NCBI GenBank assembly: GCA_963663035.1
Contig: OY760074.1
Location: 1,536,001 to 1,600,000 of the forward strand
DNA: 64,000 bases
Reading direction: 5' to 3'
From: Acidobacteriota bacterium
GTDB lineage: Bacteria > Acidobacteriota > UBA6911 > RPQK01 > JADFOI01
Shown here in pieces: positions 20,189 through 31,204 of the stretch (positions within the stretch are counted from its first letter, which is position 1; each line of letters opens with the position of its first letter). Made by a program: the position numbers and the translations under genes. A model generated the notes under the pieces. It was not told the origin of the DNA. It was given only the letters and a program-made list of their open reading frames with translations, and did no database searches.

Positions 20189-21499
20189 GAAGAGATCTTC
20201 GACCTTGAAGTGGAGTTTTTCAAAGTCCGCCTGCGAGATGGTCCCCTGACGCCCTGAATCGACCTTGCGCACCAGGTACCGATCCTCCTGAGAGCCAAAA
20301 TCGAAGGTACGCTGGGAACCATCTGTGAGCATTATGGTCAGCTGCACGTCCGGCTCTGGGAAGCTGAGGTTCGGCGATTCCTCATCCTGGATTGACTCAA
20401 ATCTGATGTCGTTGAGGGGATACCAGAACTTGTAGGCCAGGACTTCTTTATCTTTCTGCGACTCAGGAGCTTCCACGATCCACTGATACTCTTCATATCT
20501 GAGAGCGATTTCCTCACCCTCTTCCCGGCGGATCACAACCCGTTCGATCTGATCCTGAGCCACATCCATCACCTCCTTATCACGATAAGCCCATACGTCC
20601 TTGTTGACTGTTTCAAAGACTTCCGGGTTCACGGTGAACACGAAAGGACGGTCGGAATTGCGAGCCAGATAGAACTCTTCCTTCTGCTGGCCGAACTCTA
20701 ATTTTCGCCACTCGTCTTGATTTTGGTGTCGAACCCGCAGGGTGACCCTGGGCTGATCCAAGCCGTAGGACTTCGACTCTTCTGGATCATCCGAGACAAA
20801 CTCCTGAGCCTGTGCAAACTCCACTGAAGATAGGAGAGTGCTCACAGCATTTTGATCGGCGCGTTCCTGAATGGGAGCTTCCAGGTGCCAGTCTTCCTCC
20901 TGTCTGGCGAGTCGAATGGTGGCAGCCGAGTTGACAATTTCTATGGCCTGAAGCTCATCTCGCTCAAAAACAAGCACGTTCTTGTTGCGCCAGTGCAGAA
21001 GGTCTTTGTCGGCAGTGGTAAAAAGGACTCCGGAGGTCAGGTGAACTTCGGAATCCCCTTGAAACTGGGCATAAATCTGACTTCCCGAAAAATCGTCATT
21101 CCCGATCAAGAGCGTCTTCTCTTCCCCGCCCGCTTGAACTTTCAATGTCATCCGCGGCTCATGGAGTCCATACTGCTCGGCCCGCGCTCCACCCTCAGGG
21201 AAAGTGCGGTCCCTGGTTGCCTGGCTCAGGTCGCGAAGCAGCCCATCCACGCTGCTGACATCGGCGGAAGTTCCCACTGGATGTTTCAGCACCCACTGTT
21301 GGCCTTCTTTGCTCAAGATGATCCCCTCTGCCTCAGGACGGAGGACTTCCAGAGCAGTGATCTCCTCTGGCTTCATGCGAAGGAGGCTTTCTTCCAGACT
21401 CCTCACTTCCTCTCTCTCTTCCTTGCCTGCAATCTCGTAGAAATACACAAAGGCAGCCAGTGCAAGGAAGATGGCGAAAAGGACTCCAACCTTCTTCAT
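20186..21499 (-). CDS. DUF4340 domain protein
   Basis: N-terminal TM, repeated W.L..P...AD / YGL..P modules, WRNKNV and YRDKEV; last gene of the Gld-type ABC operon. Confidence 0.82.
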   Translation of the reverse strand: MKKVGVLFAIFLALAAFVYFYEIAGKEEREEVRSLEESLLRMKPEEITALEVLRPEAEGIILSKEGQQWVLKHPVGTSADVSSVDGLLRDLSQATRDRTFPEGGARAEQYGLHEPRMTLKVQAGGEEKTLLIGNDDFSGSQIYAQFQGDSEVHLTSGVLFTTADKDLLHWRNKNVLVFERDELQAIEIVNSAATIRLARQEEDWHLEAPIQERADQNAVSTLLSSVEFAQAQEFVSDDPEESKSYGLDQPRVTLRVRHQNQDEWRKLEFGQQKEEFYLARNSDRPFVFTVNPEVFETVNKDVWAYRDKEVMDVAQDQIERVVIRREEGEEIALRYEEYQWIVEAPESQKDKEVLAYKFWYPLNDIRFESIQDEESPNLSFPEPDVQLTIMLTDGSQRTFDFGSQEDRYLVRKVDSGRQGTISQADFEKLHFKVEDLF

Positions 21500-22932
21500 T
21501 AGTGTGTGCTCGCTCGGCGCCTGTTCCACACCGTGGTCCCTAAAATCAGTGTGGCCAGAGGAAAAAACACCACCGTGACCCAGAAAACCCAGCGCGACTG
21601 ACTGAAGCTCAAGTTGATTCTTCGATCTTCCACCTCTTTGGTCCGAATGGCCACCAGATCAGCCTCCTCGGCCAGCCAGCCGATGGTCATCAGAAACAGA
21701 TCACCATTGGCTACACTGTTGAAGTAAGCATTGCTGGCGAAGTCAGAATCGCCGAACAAGACCAATCGGGACTCCCCTATGGTTGAATCTCCAGCTTCTC
21801 CCTTGGGGAGGGGATTTTCCTCGCTGTTCTCTTCGACAGACCGCGTCGCCACCGCGGCCAGTTCGAGTGGTCCTTCGATATCCTGGCTCTCGTCAAATGA
21901 GGCTTCTCCTTCCTCCAGATGACTCTCCGCCCAGCTATTAGGGGTGGTCAAAAGGAGTTCGCTTGTCCGGTAATCGGTCCCACTGGAGGAGGTGGTGACA
22001 TTCTGAGCCATGGGGAAAAATGTCATCACACCACTCAGCTCCCGAGTAATGGGATGATCGGCATACTCTGCGACCAGAGGCGCTGCCGCACCCAGACCAA
22101 ACATCTGACCGATTCCGCTGGCATCAATGACCACCTTGCCACCCAGTCCCAGCCCGTATTCCCCCAGAAAGTCCTCCATCTGGAAGTCGGTCTGAGGATC
22201 CACCAACAAGAGCAATTCGCCACCTGCAGCCAGAAAAGCTCTCAGCAGGTCAGCTTCGGTGGGAAAAAAGGGAACCTGGGGGCCAGCTGAGACAATGACC
22301 GCTGCATCTTCCGGCAAGTGGCCTTCTTGAGCGAGGTTATAAGTCTGGACCCGGTAGTTTTGTTTCTCAATCTCTTGACGAGCCACAGCAAAGCCTTCGG
22401 CTTCAGTATCGCCCGTGTCACGTTCCCCGTGACCCTCCAGGAAGTAGATCACTTTCTCCGCTTCACGGGTGATCTTGATGAGGGCGTTGGTGAGTTTCTG
22501 CTCGTCTGGATTGTCCATAATTTCTCTTTTCGCTCCACTCAGGACCACCACCTGAGCATTGCGCTGAATCTCATACTGTGCAGTTTTACCCGGATCTTCA
22601 TCCGGATCCACGATTTCGTACTCGAAACTTGAGGAAACAGCGCTGTATTGCTTGACGAGATCCTCGAATCCAGCACGTCCGGCTTCACCACGGAAGAAGC
22701 CGATGACCTGAATGTCGCCGGTCAGATTCTCCACGACTTTTCGACTCTGCTCAGAAAGTGAGTGGTGTTGATTTTCCGTCAGGTCCAGGCGCTCGTGATA
22801 ACGAAAATTCAGGAAATTCGTCAGGATGAGAATACCCACCACAAGTGAGACTGACAGCCCGGCGGCACCTCCATAGCGAGCTCTCCGTGTCTTCAAAGAT
22901 GCACGGAGCGTGGAAATAAAACCATCAGCCAT
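21499..22932 (-). CDS. GldG-family ABC transporter auxiliary component
   Basis: RLDLTE...SLSEQS, IYFLEGHGE, RLVLFGDSDF, C-terminal TM. Confidence 0.87.
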   Translation of the reverse strand: MADGFISTLRASLKTRRARYGGAAGLSVSLVVGILILTNFLNFRYHERLDLTENQHHSLSEQSRKVVENLTGDIQVIGFFRGEAGRAGFEDLVKQYSAVSSSFEYEIVDPDEDPGKTAQYEIQRNAQVVVLSGAKREIMDNPDEQKLTNALIKITREAEKVIYFLEGHGERDTGDTEAEGFAVARQEIEKQNYRVQTYNLAQEGHLPEDAAVIVSAGPQVPFFPTEADLLRAFLAAGGELLLLVDPQTDFQMEDFLGEYGLGLGGKVVIDASGIGQMFGLGAAAPLVAEYADHPITRELSGVMTFFPMAQNVTTSSSGTDYRTSELLLTTPNSWAESHLEEGEASFDESQDIEGPLELAAVATRSVEENSEENPLPKGEAGDSTIGESRLVLFGDSDFASNAYFNSVANGDLFLMTIGWLAEEADLVAIRTKEVEDRRINLSFSQSRWVFWVTVVFFPLATLILGTTVWNRRRASTH

Positions 22933-22944
22933 TTTTCAAACTCC

Positions 22945-23733
22945 CTACTGTCTCCATTTGCTCGAATCCAAAGATACGGACGTCAAAAACAGCCCCAGAA
23001 AGATCAAGGACAGGTAAAAAACCAAATGCTGCGTGTCCAGAATTCCAATGGTGAAGTCCTGGTAGTGGTTGAGTATAGAGAGGTAACGCAAGGTCTCGCT
23101 GATCAAACTCGTTCCGGTGCCGGCCGAAGCATCGATCAGCCACAACACAAAGAAGACCCCAAAGGTGATGACGGCTGCAATAATCTGATTTTCCGTCAGC
23201 GAAGAGACAAAGATGCCGACTGCCAAAAGGGCTCCTCCCAACAGAAAGGCGCCCAGGTACCCGACCAGCATGGGGACCAGTAGCGGAGCCGGATCGCTCA
23301 GATAGTAAAGGAGTAGGGAGTTGAGAATGGTCGGAACCAGCATCACCAGAAGAAGCAACCCAAGGGCTGTGAATTTTCCAAAAATCAGCTGCAGGTGGGT
23401 CACAGGAGAAGTGAAAAGGAGTTCAATAGTGCCCTGCTTCTTTTCCTCGGCGAACACTCCCATCGTCATCATGGGCACCAGGAACAAGAGGAAGGTGCTG
23501 ATGGCGCCGAAAAAGCTGCGCAGGATCACAGCGGTGGCGTCAAAGGCCGGTGCGACTATACCGAATTCCTGCGACTGAAAGGCCTGTTGCGCCGTAAACT
23601 CAATGACACTTGCCATGATCATGTAGAAGACATACCCGGACAGGGCAAAAAAGACCCCCATGACAACATAGGCGACCGGGCTCACGAAGAGGTTGTGCAG
23701 CTCCTTTTGAATAATCGCCAGGTAATTCCTCAC
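22945..23733 (-). CDS. ABC-2 type permease (GldF-like)
   Basis: KEL..LF.SP.AY, TMGVFAEEKKQGTIELLFTSP, SSLTENQIIAA. Confidence 0.9.
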   Translation of the reverse strand: MRNYLAIIQKELHNLFVSPVAYVVMGVFFALSGYVFYMIMASVIEFTAQQAFQSQEFGIVAPAFDATAVILRSFFGAISTFLLFLVPMMTMGVFAEEKKQGTIELLFTSPVTHLQLIFGKFTALGLLLLVMLVPTILNSLLLYYLSDPAPLLVPMLVGYLGAFLLGGALLAVGIFVSSLTENQIIAAVITFGVFFVLWLIDASAGTGTSLISETLRYLSILNHYQDFTIGILDTQHLVFYLSLIFLGLFLTSVSLDSSKWRQ

Positions 23734-24674
23734 TCCTCTTTCTCCTCATCTGTGGTCAACTGGACGAACACCTCCTCCAGACTCACACTCTGCCTCCTCA
23801 ACTGGTACAACTCCAAACCGGACTCGATCACCTTTTGGGCAATCAGGTGACGTACATCTTCTTCTCCCTGGATCTCCACAAGTACCGTCCGATGGGCATT
23901 TTGAGGCTCACCCAGTGAGACGCTCCTGACCTGGGAAAATTCGCTCAGGAGAGCATCGAGATTTTCCGCCGCACCCCCGACTTCCAACTCCAGTACTGCT
24001 CCCGACGCCGATGCTCCGGTGAGATTCTCAGGCGTGTCCACCGCCACAATTTTTCCCTTGTTGATGATGATCACCCGCTGGCAGGTCACACTCACTTCAG
24101 GCAGGATGTGGGTGGAAAGAATGACGGTGTGGTCCCCAGCCAGACCCTTGATCAACTCTCGAACCTCAATAATCTGTCTGGGATCCAGTCCAATGGTGGG
24201 CTCATCCAGGATGAGGATCTCGGGCTCATGGATGAGCGCCTGGGCCAATCCCACGCGCTGCCTGTATCCCTTGGAAAGATGCTTGATCAGGCGATGGCCC
24301 TCCTCCTCCAATCCGCAGCGCACCTTGACCTCCAGGAGGCGAGAGCCTACCGCAGTTCGATTGACGCCCTTGATTTTGGCCACAAATCGAAGATAGGCAT
24401 CGACCGTCATCTCTCCGTAGAGGGGAGGATTCTCGGGCAGATAGCCCACTCGTTTCTTCACCTCCAGGGGCTGCTCGAAAACATCAAAGCCTGCCACAAC
24501 CGCCCTTCCTCCCGAGGCGGGAAAGAAGCCAGACAGGATACGCATGGTGGTTGTCTTCCCGGCTCCATTGGGACCCAGAAAGCCCAACACCTCGCCTTTC
24601 TCGACCTGGAAGCTCACATCTTCAATGGCCGTGTGCCTTCCATATCGCTTGGTTAGATTCTCAGCTTGAATCAT
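23730..24674 (-). CDS. ABC transporter ATP-binding protein (GldA-like)
   Basis: GPNGAGKTT, LSKGYRQRVGLAQA, ILDEPT, STH. Confidence 0.93.
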   Translation of the reverse strand: MIQAENLTKRYGRHTAIEDVSFQVEKGEVLGFLGPNGAGKTTTMRILSGFFPASGGRAVVAGFDVFEQPLEVKKRVGYLPENPPLYGEMTVDAYLRFVAKIKGVNRTAVGSRLLEVKVRCGLEEEGHRLIKHLSKGYRQRVGLAQALIHEPEILILDEPTIGLDPRQIIEVRELIKGLAGDHTVILSTHILPEVSVTCQRVIIINKGKIVAVDTPENLTGASASGAVLELEVGGAAENLDALLSEFSQVRSVSLGEPQNAHRTVLVEIQGEEDVRHLIAQKVIESGLELYQLRRQSVSLEEVFVQLTTDEEKEE

Positions 24675-24684
24675 GATCGGCAAG

Positions 24685-24780
24685 GAGGTAGGAGGTAGGA
24701 GTCAGGAGGCAGGAGAACTGACAACTATCTCCTACTCTCCTATCTCCTGACTCCTGCCTCCTACCTCCTGCCTCCTCTCC
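24685..24780. repeat. Inverted blocks of heptamer repeats overlapping the ispG 3' end
   Basis: AGGAGGT/AGGAGTC/AGGAGGC units followed by complementary CTCCT.. units. Confidence 0.7.
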
Positions 24781-25973
24781 CTCACATACCTGTCCAATAT
24801 CGCAATAAACTCTTCTACAATATGAGGGCCCTTGAGCGTGGTCAAGTGCTGTCCATCCACATAGACAGGCGCTTTCGGTGACTCTCCCGTACCCGGCAGG
24901 GAGATCCCAATGTCGGCATGTTTGGACTCACCCGGGCCATTGACCACACACCCCATCACAGCCACCGTTAAATCCTCCACCCCGGGATGAAGCTCTCTCC
25001 AAAGCGCCAGACTCTCCTTCACATGCTGCTGGATCTCTTGAGCCAGCTCCTGGAAGAAGGTGCTGGTCGTTCTACCACAACCGGGACAGGCACTCACCTG
25101 AGGAGAAAAACTTCGAATCTTTAAGGATTGGAGGATCTGTTGGCAGATGACGACTTCCTTGGTTCGCTCCTCGCCAGGCTCAGGGGTCAGGCTGACTCGA
25201 ATGGTGTCTCCGATTCCTTCCTGAAGCAAAATGGAGAGAGCGGAAACACTGACCACCACCCCCCGGGTTCCCATGCCAGCTTCCGTCAAGCCCAGGTGAA
25301 GAGGGTAATCACAGCGCGAAGCTAAAAGTCGATACACCTGAATGAGATCTGGAGCGGCTGACACCTTGGCGCTGAGAATGATCCGATCCTGTGCTAATCC
25401 GTACTCTTCCGCCAGTGCCGCTGATTCCAGGGCGCTCTCAATGATTGCATCAATCAGGACTTCATCAGACTCCTTGGGCTCGGGAAGCTGAGCGTTGGTG
25501 TCCATCAATCGCGCCAGCAGCTTTTGATCCAGAGATCCCCAATTCACACCGATTCGAACCGGCTTGTCATTTTCAAGGGCTACCTGGATCATCTGTTTGA
25601 AATTCTCATCGTGGTGCCGGCCCATTCCAACATTGCCGGGATTGATGCGGTACTTGCTCAACTTACGGGCGCACTCGGGATAGCGTGTCAGGAGGATATG
25701 GCCATTGTAGTGAAAGTCTCCGATGATGGGGACTTGCACTCCCTCCCCCTCGAGACGATCCACAATCTCAGGAATGGCCTGGGCGGCTTGCTCCGTGTTC
25801 ACCGTCACCCGAACCAGTTCTGAGCCGGCCTCAAAGAGCTGGCGGGTTTGCTCCACGGTGGCCTCTTTATCCGCAGTGTCTGTATTGGTCATGGACTGGA
25901 CCACGATAGGGTGGTCCGAACCGATGGGAACCCCTCCTACAGGAACTGTGACGGTTTTCCGGCGCTGAATCAT
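24732..25973 (-). CDS. ispG: (E)-4-hydroxy-3-methylbut-2-enyl-diphosphate synthase
   Basis: [69 protein letters not shown]. Confidence 0.97.
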   Translation of the reverse strand: MIQRRKTVTVPVGGVPIGSDHPIVVQSMTNTDTADKEATVEQTRQLFEAGSELVRVTVNTEQAAQAIPEIVDRLEGEGVQVPIIGDFHYNGHILLTRYPECARKLSKYRINPGNVGMGRHHDENFKQMIQVALENDKPVRIGVNWGSLDQKLLARLMDTNAQLPEPKESDEVLIDAIIESALESAALAEEYGLAQDRIILSAKVSAAPDLIQVYRLLASRCDYPLHLGLTEAGMGTRGVVVSVSALSILLQEGIGDTIRVSLTPEPGEERTKEVVICQQILQSLKIRSFSPQVSACPGCGRTTSTFFQELAQEIQQHVKESLALWRELHPGVEDLTVAVMGCVVNGPGESKHADIGISLPGTGESPKAPVYVDGQHLTTLKGPHIVEEFIAILDRYVRERRQEVGGRSQEIGE

Positions 25974-26014
25974 CGGCCTTATCTTACACCAGCGGGAAAT
26001 GAGGGGGGAAATGA

Positions 26015-26073
26015 GGGGACAGACTACCCGTTCACCTCATTTCGAAAATGAGGTGAACGGGTAGTCTGTCCCC
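26015..26073. repeat. Perfect 28-bp inverted repeat (REP-like hairpin)
   Basis: GGGGACAGACTACCCGTTCACCTCATTT-cga-AAATGAGGTGAACGGGTAGTCTGTCCCC between divergent genes. Confidence 0.9.
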
Positions 26074-26124
26074 ATATTTTCGTCTATCATGCACCTGACA
26101 GAGATAAGAGGAGGAGTCTGAAGA

Positions 26125-27468
26125 ATGAGTGATTTTCTTGAGCGGCTGTTTTGCGAAACCAAGATCAAAGACTTTGTCACTCTGTTCAAAGAAGCGGAAG
26201 AAAAGTATGGAAGCCAGGAGGAGTTCCTCAAGGAGGTGGTCGCTTATCTGCCTGAGCGTCTATACGAACACCACTACGAGGGCACCGTGCCCCATAGTTT
26301 CTTCGGCCTCATGTCGGCCTCCTTGCTGACCCAGTCTCTTTTCCCGGAGGAGGACCGCTGGCGCCCCCTGGCGCAACAGTGCTGGTTCGCCACCAAAGAG
26401 ACCAAGCGAACTCCTCTGAATCTCGATGACATCAAAGCTAAAAGTGAAGGCAGTGTGGAAGAGCGCTGGCAGCACTTTCAGGAGGCCGCTGATGGCGAGA
26501 GTTTCCAGGAGGCAATGGCCTGGGCCAAGTCCTTCTTTGACAAAGAAGAAGATCGACTGTTCTTTCGGGAGCACTCACTGGCCTACGCCATCAATGACAC
26601 ATTTCAGGGAGGGCAAAAGTTTCTCTATCTTTTTCAGGCCTGGCGTCTGGCCGAGGCTCTGAACTGGACCCACTTGGAGAAGATCATCTGCCCAGCACTG
26701 CACTTTTTGGTCGTGGGACCCAGAGAGCACTCACTCTCCATATTCGTCCTCAAGCACTGGCATCAGGATTCTCTGGCCTCTTTTCTCAAGAACAAGGGTG
26801 GAATCTCAACTCAGCGTTATCAGGAGGTCGAAAAGACGCTTCTCTTTGGCGAGAGCGTGGAGGAACCCCTCGAAATGCTGCAAACCCTTGCTGAATCGGG
26901 AGTCAGTCTGGAGGCCGTGCAGGAGGCGCTGCTCCTGGCAGCTTCCCAGGCACTGTCCAACTCGAAGGTGGGAGAGTGGATCTGGCCCATGCGAGCCTTT
27001 CACTTCATTTTCTGCATTCAGCAGTGGTCCGATCAAAAACCCGAGCAGAAGTCCTATTCCCTGCTGCTGGCAGCGGCACTCCTGCATCAAGCTTCCCGCA
27101 GAAGTCGGGAACTGGAACACAACCGGCAGTTGGATGAGGTGGCTCGCCAGCTGTGCCCCACCGAACCTCTCAATGTGCTAAAAAGCGTCATCAGCCACAC
27201 CGATCCCTATGCCTCAGCTACTGCCATTTACGCCCTTCTGGGGATGGACGACAGCAAGAAAGAGGAGCTCTTCCAGATCCTCGGCAGCCAAGCCGTCAAG
27301 AACGACGGGAACATGTGTTACGGACACGATATTCTGTTCATCCACGAAGTGGTCGATTGCTACAAGCGGCTGCAGCTGGAAGCGAAAGATAAGCTCCTGG
27401 TGTCTGCCGGATTCTTCCTGGGCCGGGTCGCCAAGAAATACGAACTCTTCGGCACCTACAAGGGCTAG
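26125..27468 (+). CDS. Hypothetical all-helical protein
   Basis: 447-aa ORF with AGGAGG RBS; no motif confidently recognised. Confidence 0.75.
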   Translation: MSDFLERLFCETKIKDFVTLFKEAEEKYGSQEEFLKEVVAYLPERLYEHHYEGTVPHSFFGLMSASLLTQSLFPEEDRWRPLAQQCWFATKETKRTPLNLDDIKAKSEGSVEERWQHFQEAADGESFQEAMAWAKSFFDKEEDRLFFREHSLAYAINDTFQGGQKFLYLFQAWRLAEALNWTHLEKIICPALHFLVVGPREHSLSIFVLKHWHQDSLASFLKNKGGISTQRYQEVEKTLLFGESVEEPLEMLQTLAESGVSLEAVQEALLLAASQALSNSKVGEWIWPMRAFHFIFCIQQWSDQKPEQKSYSLLLAAALLHQASRRSRELEHNRQLDEVARQLCPTEPLNVLKSVISHTDPYASATAIYALLGMDDSKKEELFQILGSQAVKNDGNMCYGHDILFIHEVVDCYKRLQLEAKDKLLVSAGFFLGRVAKKYELFGTYKG

Positions 27469-27521
27469 CGCACCGCTTTTGAATTTTCAATTTCAGCCGG
27501 TCTTCCGGCTGTTGTCAGGTG

Positions 27522-29521
27522 TCAGTTGTCAGCGGTCAGCTGTCCGTGGTCAGTTTCAGGAATCTCCTGACTCCTGTCTCCTGCCTCCTCCCCGAGCATC
27601 TCCTGCTCGCCCCAGGCCTGTTCCCAGTCACCGGTCATGAGGGCGCCGGAGCTGCGATGTTCCAGCGGACAGAGAAGGTGAAAAAACACGAAGATGGGGA
27701 TATCCAAACCCAGGCTGAAGACCTTGAGTGTCTTCTTTAACTCTTTATCATTCCAGCCTTCCAATAAAGAGAAAAATCGCTTTGCTCGTCGGTAGGCTGC
27801 TACCACCTGTTGCCTTTCGAATGAACTCCTGCCCCCAATGGGATAACGGGTGGCCAGATGGGTCTGGACTGGATCTGTGTCGATCCTCTCTCTCAACTCT
27901 GGATGATCAATCCAGTCCCGCCAGAAAGTCTTCTTTTCGTATCTTTCCGGCTCTGCAAGCTGCAGGGCGCGCACCAGCGCTTCCCACTTCTGCTGTGAAG
28001 TTGCCCGACGCACTTGCCTGAGTCCCGCCGGGGAAAAGCGAGTAGCCACCAGAAGCTGAAGACTCAATGGAAAGGCGGAACGGGGTGGAAGGTTAAACTC
28101 TGTGAAGACACCCATGTGCAAAGCCATTCTCAGAAGCTGTCCAAGAGCGGCATGTGAGAAATCCCCTTCTTGGCCAAAGCTCCACACAAACTCCCGTGAG
28201 CGTTTGCCGGCTTGCTTGGTTTCCCGCTGCAGCAGCCTCAGAAACTGGACCTCATCCCAGTGATAGCGGGTCTTTTCCAGTGCTTCTGTTTCCTCCAGGA
28301 CAATGTCGCCGGCCGGGCTCACCAGGAGAGCCTGCCGGGACTCGCGCTCTGTGCTCTTGTGAAGTCCGACCCAATGGAACACATTGAAGCGCACGCTGAC
28401 CCGTTGCCCGCGGATGCGCTCAAACCTTCCGCTCACCTCAACTCCAGTTTCAGGGGCAGGCAAGGAACCGGCCAGGAGTTGGGTATAGCTTCTGCGAAAA
28501 TCTCAGGCTGGGGCCGCGGCCAGTTTGCCGCCAGCACCGTGGCAGTTCGCCTCCAGCGCGAGCTTTCCAGTGCCAGCGCGACTTCCAAACGTCTGCCCAG
28601 GGCTTGCTTCAGCAGCTGGTTCATTTTTCTTCTGAGTGGCTCTTGCAGCCCCTGGGAGAGAATCTGCAACGGGCCGCCAGTGGTTGGGCCGAGATGGACG
28701 ACTCGGACCTGACTCCCCAAGTGCACTCCGGCAGAAAGACTGGCTTGCCTTTTTCTTTCACGATGGCGCCGCAAGCGGAACTCTATGGTTCCAGCTCGTC
28801 TTCTGAGTTGGATGTTGAACTCCCCCTCCTCCACCGCCTCTACCTGAGCACCCAGAGCTGCTAGCGATGAGAGTCCTTTTTGAATCTTCACCAGGGGGAC
28901 TGTGCCGGGCAGTGCCCACCCTGCCCCCAGAGCCCACTGGACGCCCATTGCCAGTCGCACCCTTCCACTCCAGCGCCAGCGCACCACCTGCCTGTCCGGC
29001 ATCTCAAAAACTTCATCGGGATCCAGTGGATTTCGATAGCTTTTCCAGCCTTCCTGCAGCGCTCGCACCTGGGAAGTGCCCTCGGGAAAAATCGTGACCC
29101 AGGAGTGGTAGAGTCGGGTCTTTGCACCCACCTCGACCAAAAATGGTGCCAGATCCAAACCGGCCGTGGCTTCTGTGTTGACCTCCAGGTTCCATTGAAT
29201 CGCGAAGTGCTGGGGAGGAACCCGGAAATTGCCCAAAAAAGCATTCCCGGCAAAGAGAATCACGGACCGGACCACGGCCTCAGGATCGACACGCCATCCC
29301 ACACCACCCGGGCCCCTACCCTTCAAGCCCTGTGTGACTCGAAAAATCAGATCAATGGGCTTGGAGCGATGGACCAGACCTGAAGGAGAGACCTCGAGGC
29401 TATGGCGAAAGGGCTTTTTTTCCAGGCGCAGTTCCACCTTTGAGCCACTCACGAACCGTGAGTATCCTCCTTCCAATCGCCAGATGACCTCTGTTCCCAT
29501 GACACCCTTTCCAGAACTCAA
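27522..29521 (-). pseudogene. Hypothetical gene split by a probable frameshift (ORFs 28433-29521 and 27522-28463)
   Basis: The two ORFs overlap; the downstream frame is open upstream of its TTG (..RSYTQLLAGSLPAPETGV) across the junction near 28485-28495. Confidence 0.5.
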
Positions 29522-29672
29522 GCATATCTTTGATCACGGCCGCCGGGGAAGGAAATCTATCCGCTCTCATGGGGACTGGCAGATTTCCCCTCGCGAAGGA
29601 GTTGGAATCGTGTATACTTCGCAGGAAGCAGGGGGCCACCATAAGCACATTACACGGAAATATTGGGAGGCC

Positions 29673-30557
29673 ATGCCGATAAGAACTCACCCGGTTCTTG
29701 GAAAACTTTCCTTCCTGTTTATTCTTTTGACAAGTGTCCATCTTCTTTCCCATCAGCTCGAGGCGAAAGAGTCCCTCGATACGCAGAACTCAGAGCAGGC
29801 CTTGCATCTGATTCTCTTTGAGGACTATCCCTACACGATCGTCTCCCCACAAAAGCTCTCCAGTTACCAAACAGCTGATCTGCCCTCGGCAGACTTTCCG
29901 CGACAGTTCTCCTGCTTGTATGGGCCTTTTCCACGGCTTCAGAAATTCTCGGTGCCCGAGGGCTTTGAGATCCCCAGGAAACACCTCCTGTTGGACATTC
30001 ATACCCTCTCGAAGACCGCCTGGAGCGGGACCACGGTCTCTCATGAAAACGCCTTCATGAAGCTGTCTTACCAGCTGGAAGTGACCGATTGGACCAACGA
30101 CTCCTATGAGCTCAGCTTGAGTGGCGAGTACCTGACCTTCAAATTCGAGGATATTCCGATTCGGGGCAGGCTGGATCGAGCCAAGCTGGTGACCATTCAA
30201 AGAACAACCCGACAAACTCTCTTTGCTGTTCTCACCCCCGTACAAGCCATTCCGCTGTTTTCAATCGATGAAGGCTCGGGTGTGGACAACATTTCACGGC
30301 CACAACTCATCGAGGGCCCAGCACCGCTCTATCCAGAAGAGTTATCTGAAGAGGGCCAGGTGATAATTCGAGGTGTCATCACTGCCGACGGGCGGCTCGA
30401 CCCCGATCGTTTTGTTCTGTTGGAATGTCCCCACCCCCTTCTGGGCCGAAGCGCTCTTCGCACGGTCCTTAACGATTGGAAATTCCTACCAGGCGAAAAA
30501 GATGGAGAGCCTGTGGAGACTTTGGCCACCATCGAGATTCACTTCGCCCCCGATTGA
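29673..30557 (+). CDS. Protein with C-terminal TonB domain
   Basis: GGAGG RBS before ATG 29673, N-terminal TM; C-terminal P.YPEE...EGQV......ITADG...WKFLPGEKDGEPV. Confidence 0.78.
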   Translation: MPIRTHPVLGKLSFLFILLTSVHLLSHQLEAKESLDTQNSEQALHLILFEDYPYTIVSPQKLSSYQTADLPSADFPRQFSCLYGPFPRLQKFSVPEGFEIPRKHLLLDIHTLSKTAWSGTTVSHENAFMKLSYQLEVTDWTNDSYELSLSGEYLTFKFEDIPIRGRLDRAKLVTIQRTTRQTLFAVLTPVQAIPLFSIDEGSGVDNISRPQLIEGPAPLYPEELSEEGQVIIRGVITADGRLDPDRFVLLECPHPLLGRSALRTVLNDWKFLPGEKDGEPVETLATIEIHFAPD

Positions 30558-31204
30558 AGCATTTCTTCGATAACACCGAGTACACTGGAAGGTACCACGT
30601 GACCTCCCTCGAAATCGAACACTTCCGGCCTCAGCCCGGCTGCCCCAAGCTGTTCACGTGCTTGGGTGGCTTCCTCAGGTGAAACGTTCTCATCTCGGCG
30701 GCCATGGACCAGTAAGACTTGGATGGGGCGCAGCGAATCCAGTCGCTCCTGGATATCGGGCGGCAAATCCCCTCCGCAGGCGATAAGCCCCTGAAGCGGA
30801 AGCGAGCTGTGGGCCCAGGTCCGATAGGCCATGGACACTCCCTGAGAGAAGCCCAGGATAAAGACCCTCTGAGAATCCACTTCGAACTTCTCCTGCAGCA
30901 TCTTGTAAAACTGCTCCATGTAGGCGACAAAGTCCGAGACCGATTGATCGCGCTGGTAGCGCGTCAGCCAGGAGAATCCAACTCGGCGATCTTCCATTTG
31001 GGTGTAAAACTGGTGGGCAGCCTGAGGAGCGGCCACCAGAATGCCTTTTTCCGTCAGCGGCTCAAAAACCTTGATGAAGTGATCAGCAACCTGTCCCCAG
31101 CCGTGCAAAACGATCAAGAGCGGATGGGGCCCCTTCCCCTCCGGGACCTGCACACTGTAATAGACACTGTGGGAGATCTGCAGTTTGCCGTTGATCAGGT
31201 TCAT
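30539..31204 (-). CDS. Phospholipase/carboxylesterase (alpha/beta hydrolase)
   Basis: LHGWGQ, GFSQG, VHGRRD, FEGGH. Confidence 0.87.
   Translation of the reverse strand: MNLINGKLQISHSVYYSVQVPEGKGPHPLLIVLHGWGQVADHFIKVFEPLTEKGILVAAPQAAHQFYTQMEDRRVGFSWLTRYQRDQSVSDFVAYMEQFYKMLQEKFEVDSQRVFILGFSQGVSMAYRTWAHSSLPLQGLIACGGDLPPDIQERLDSLRPIQVLLVHGRRDENVSPEEATQAREQLGAAGLRPEVFDFEGGHVVPSSVLGVIEEMLQSGAK

Noticed and set aside
29229-29672. Long N-terminal extensions in the ORF track (TonB protein, egtD, senA, lpxL, gap, atpD, lptD)
   Set aside because: They overlap neighbouring genes; downstream ATGs with RBS, -10 boxes or ATGA coupling fit better
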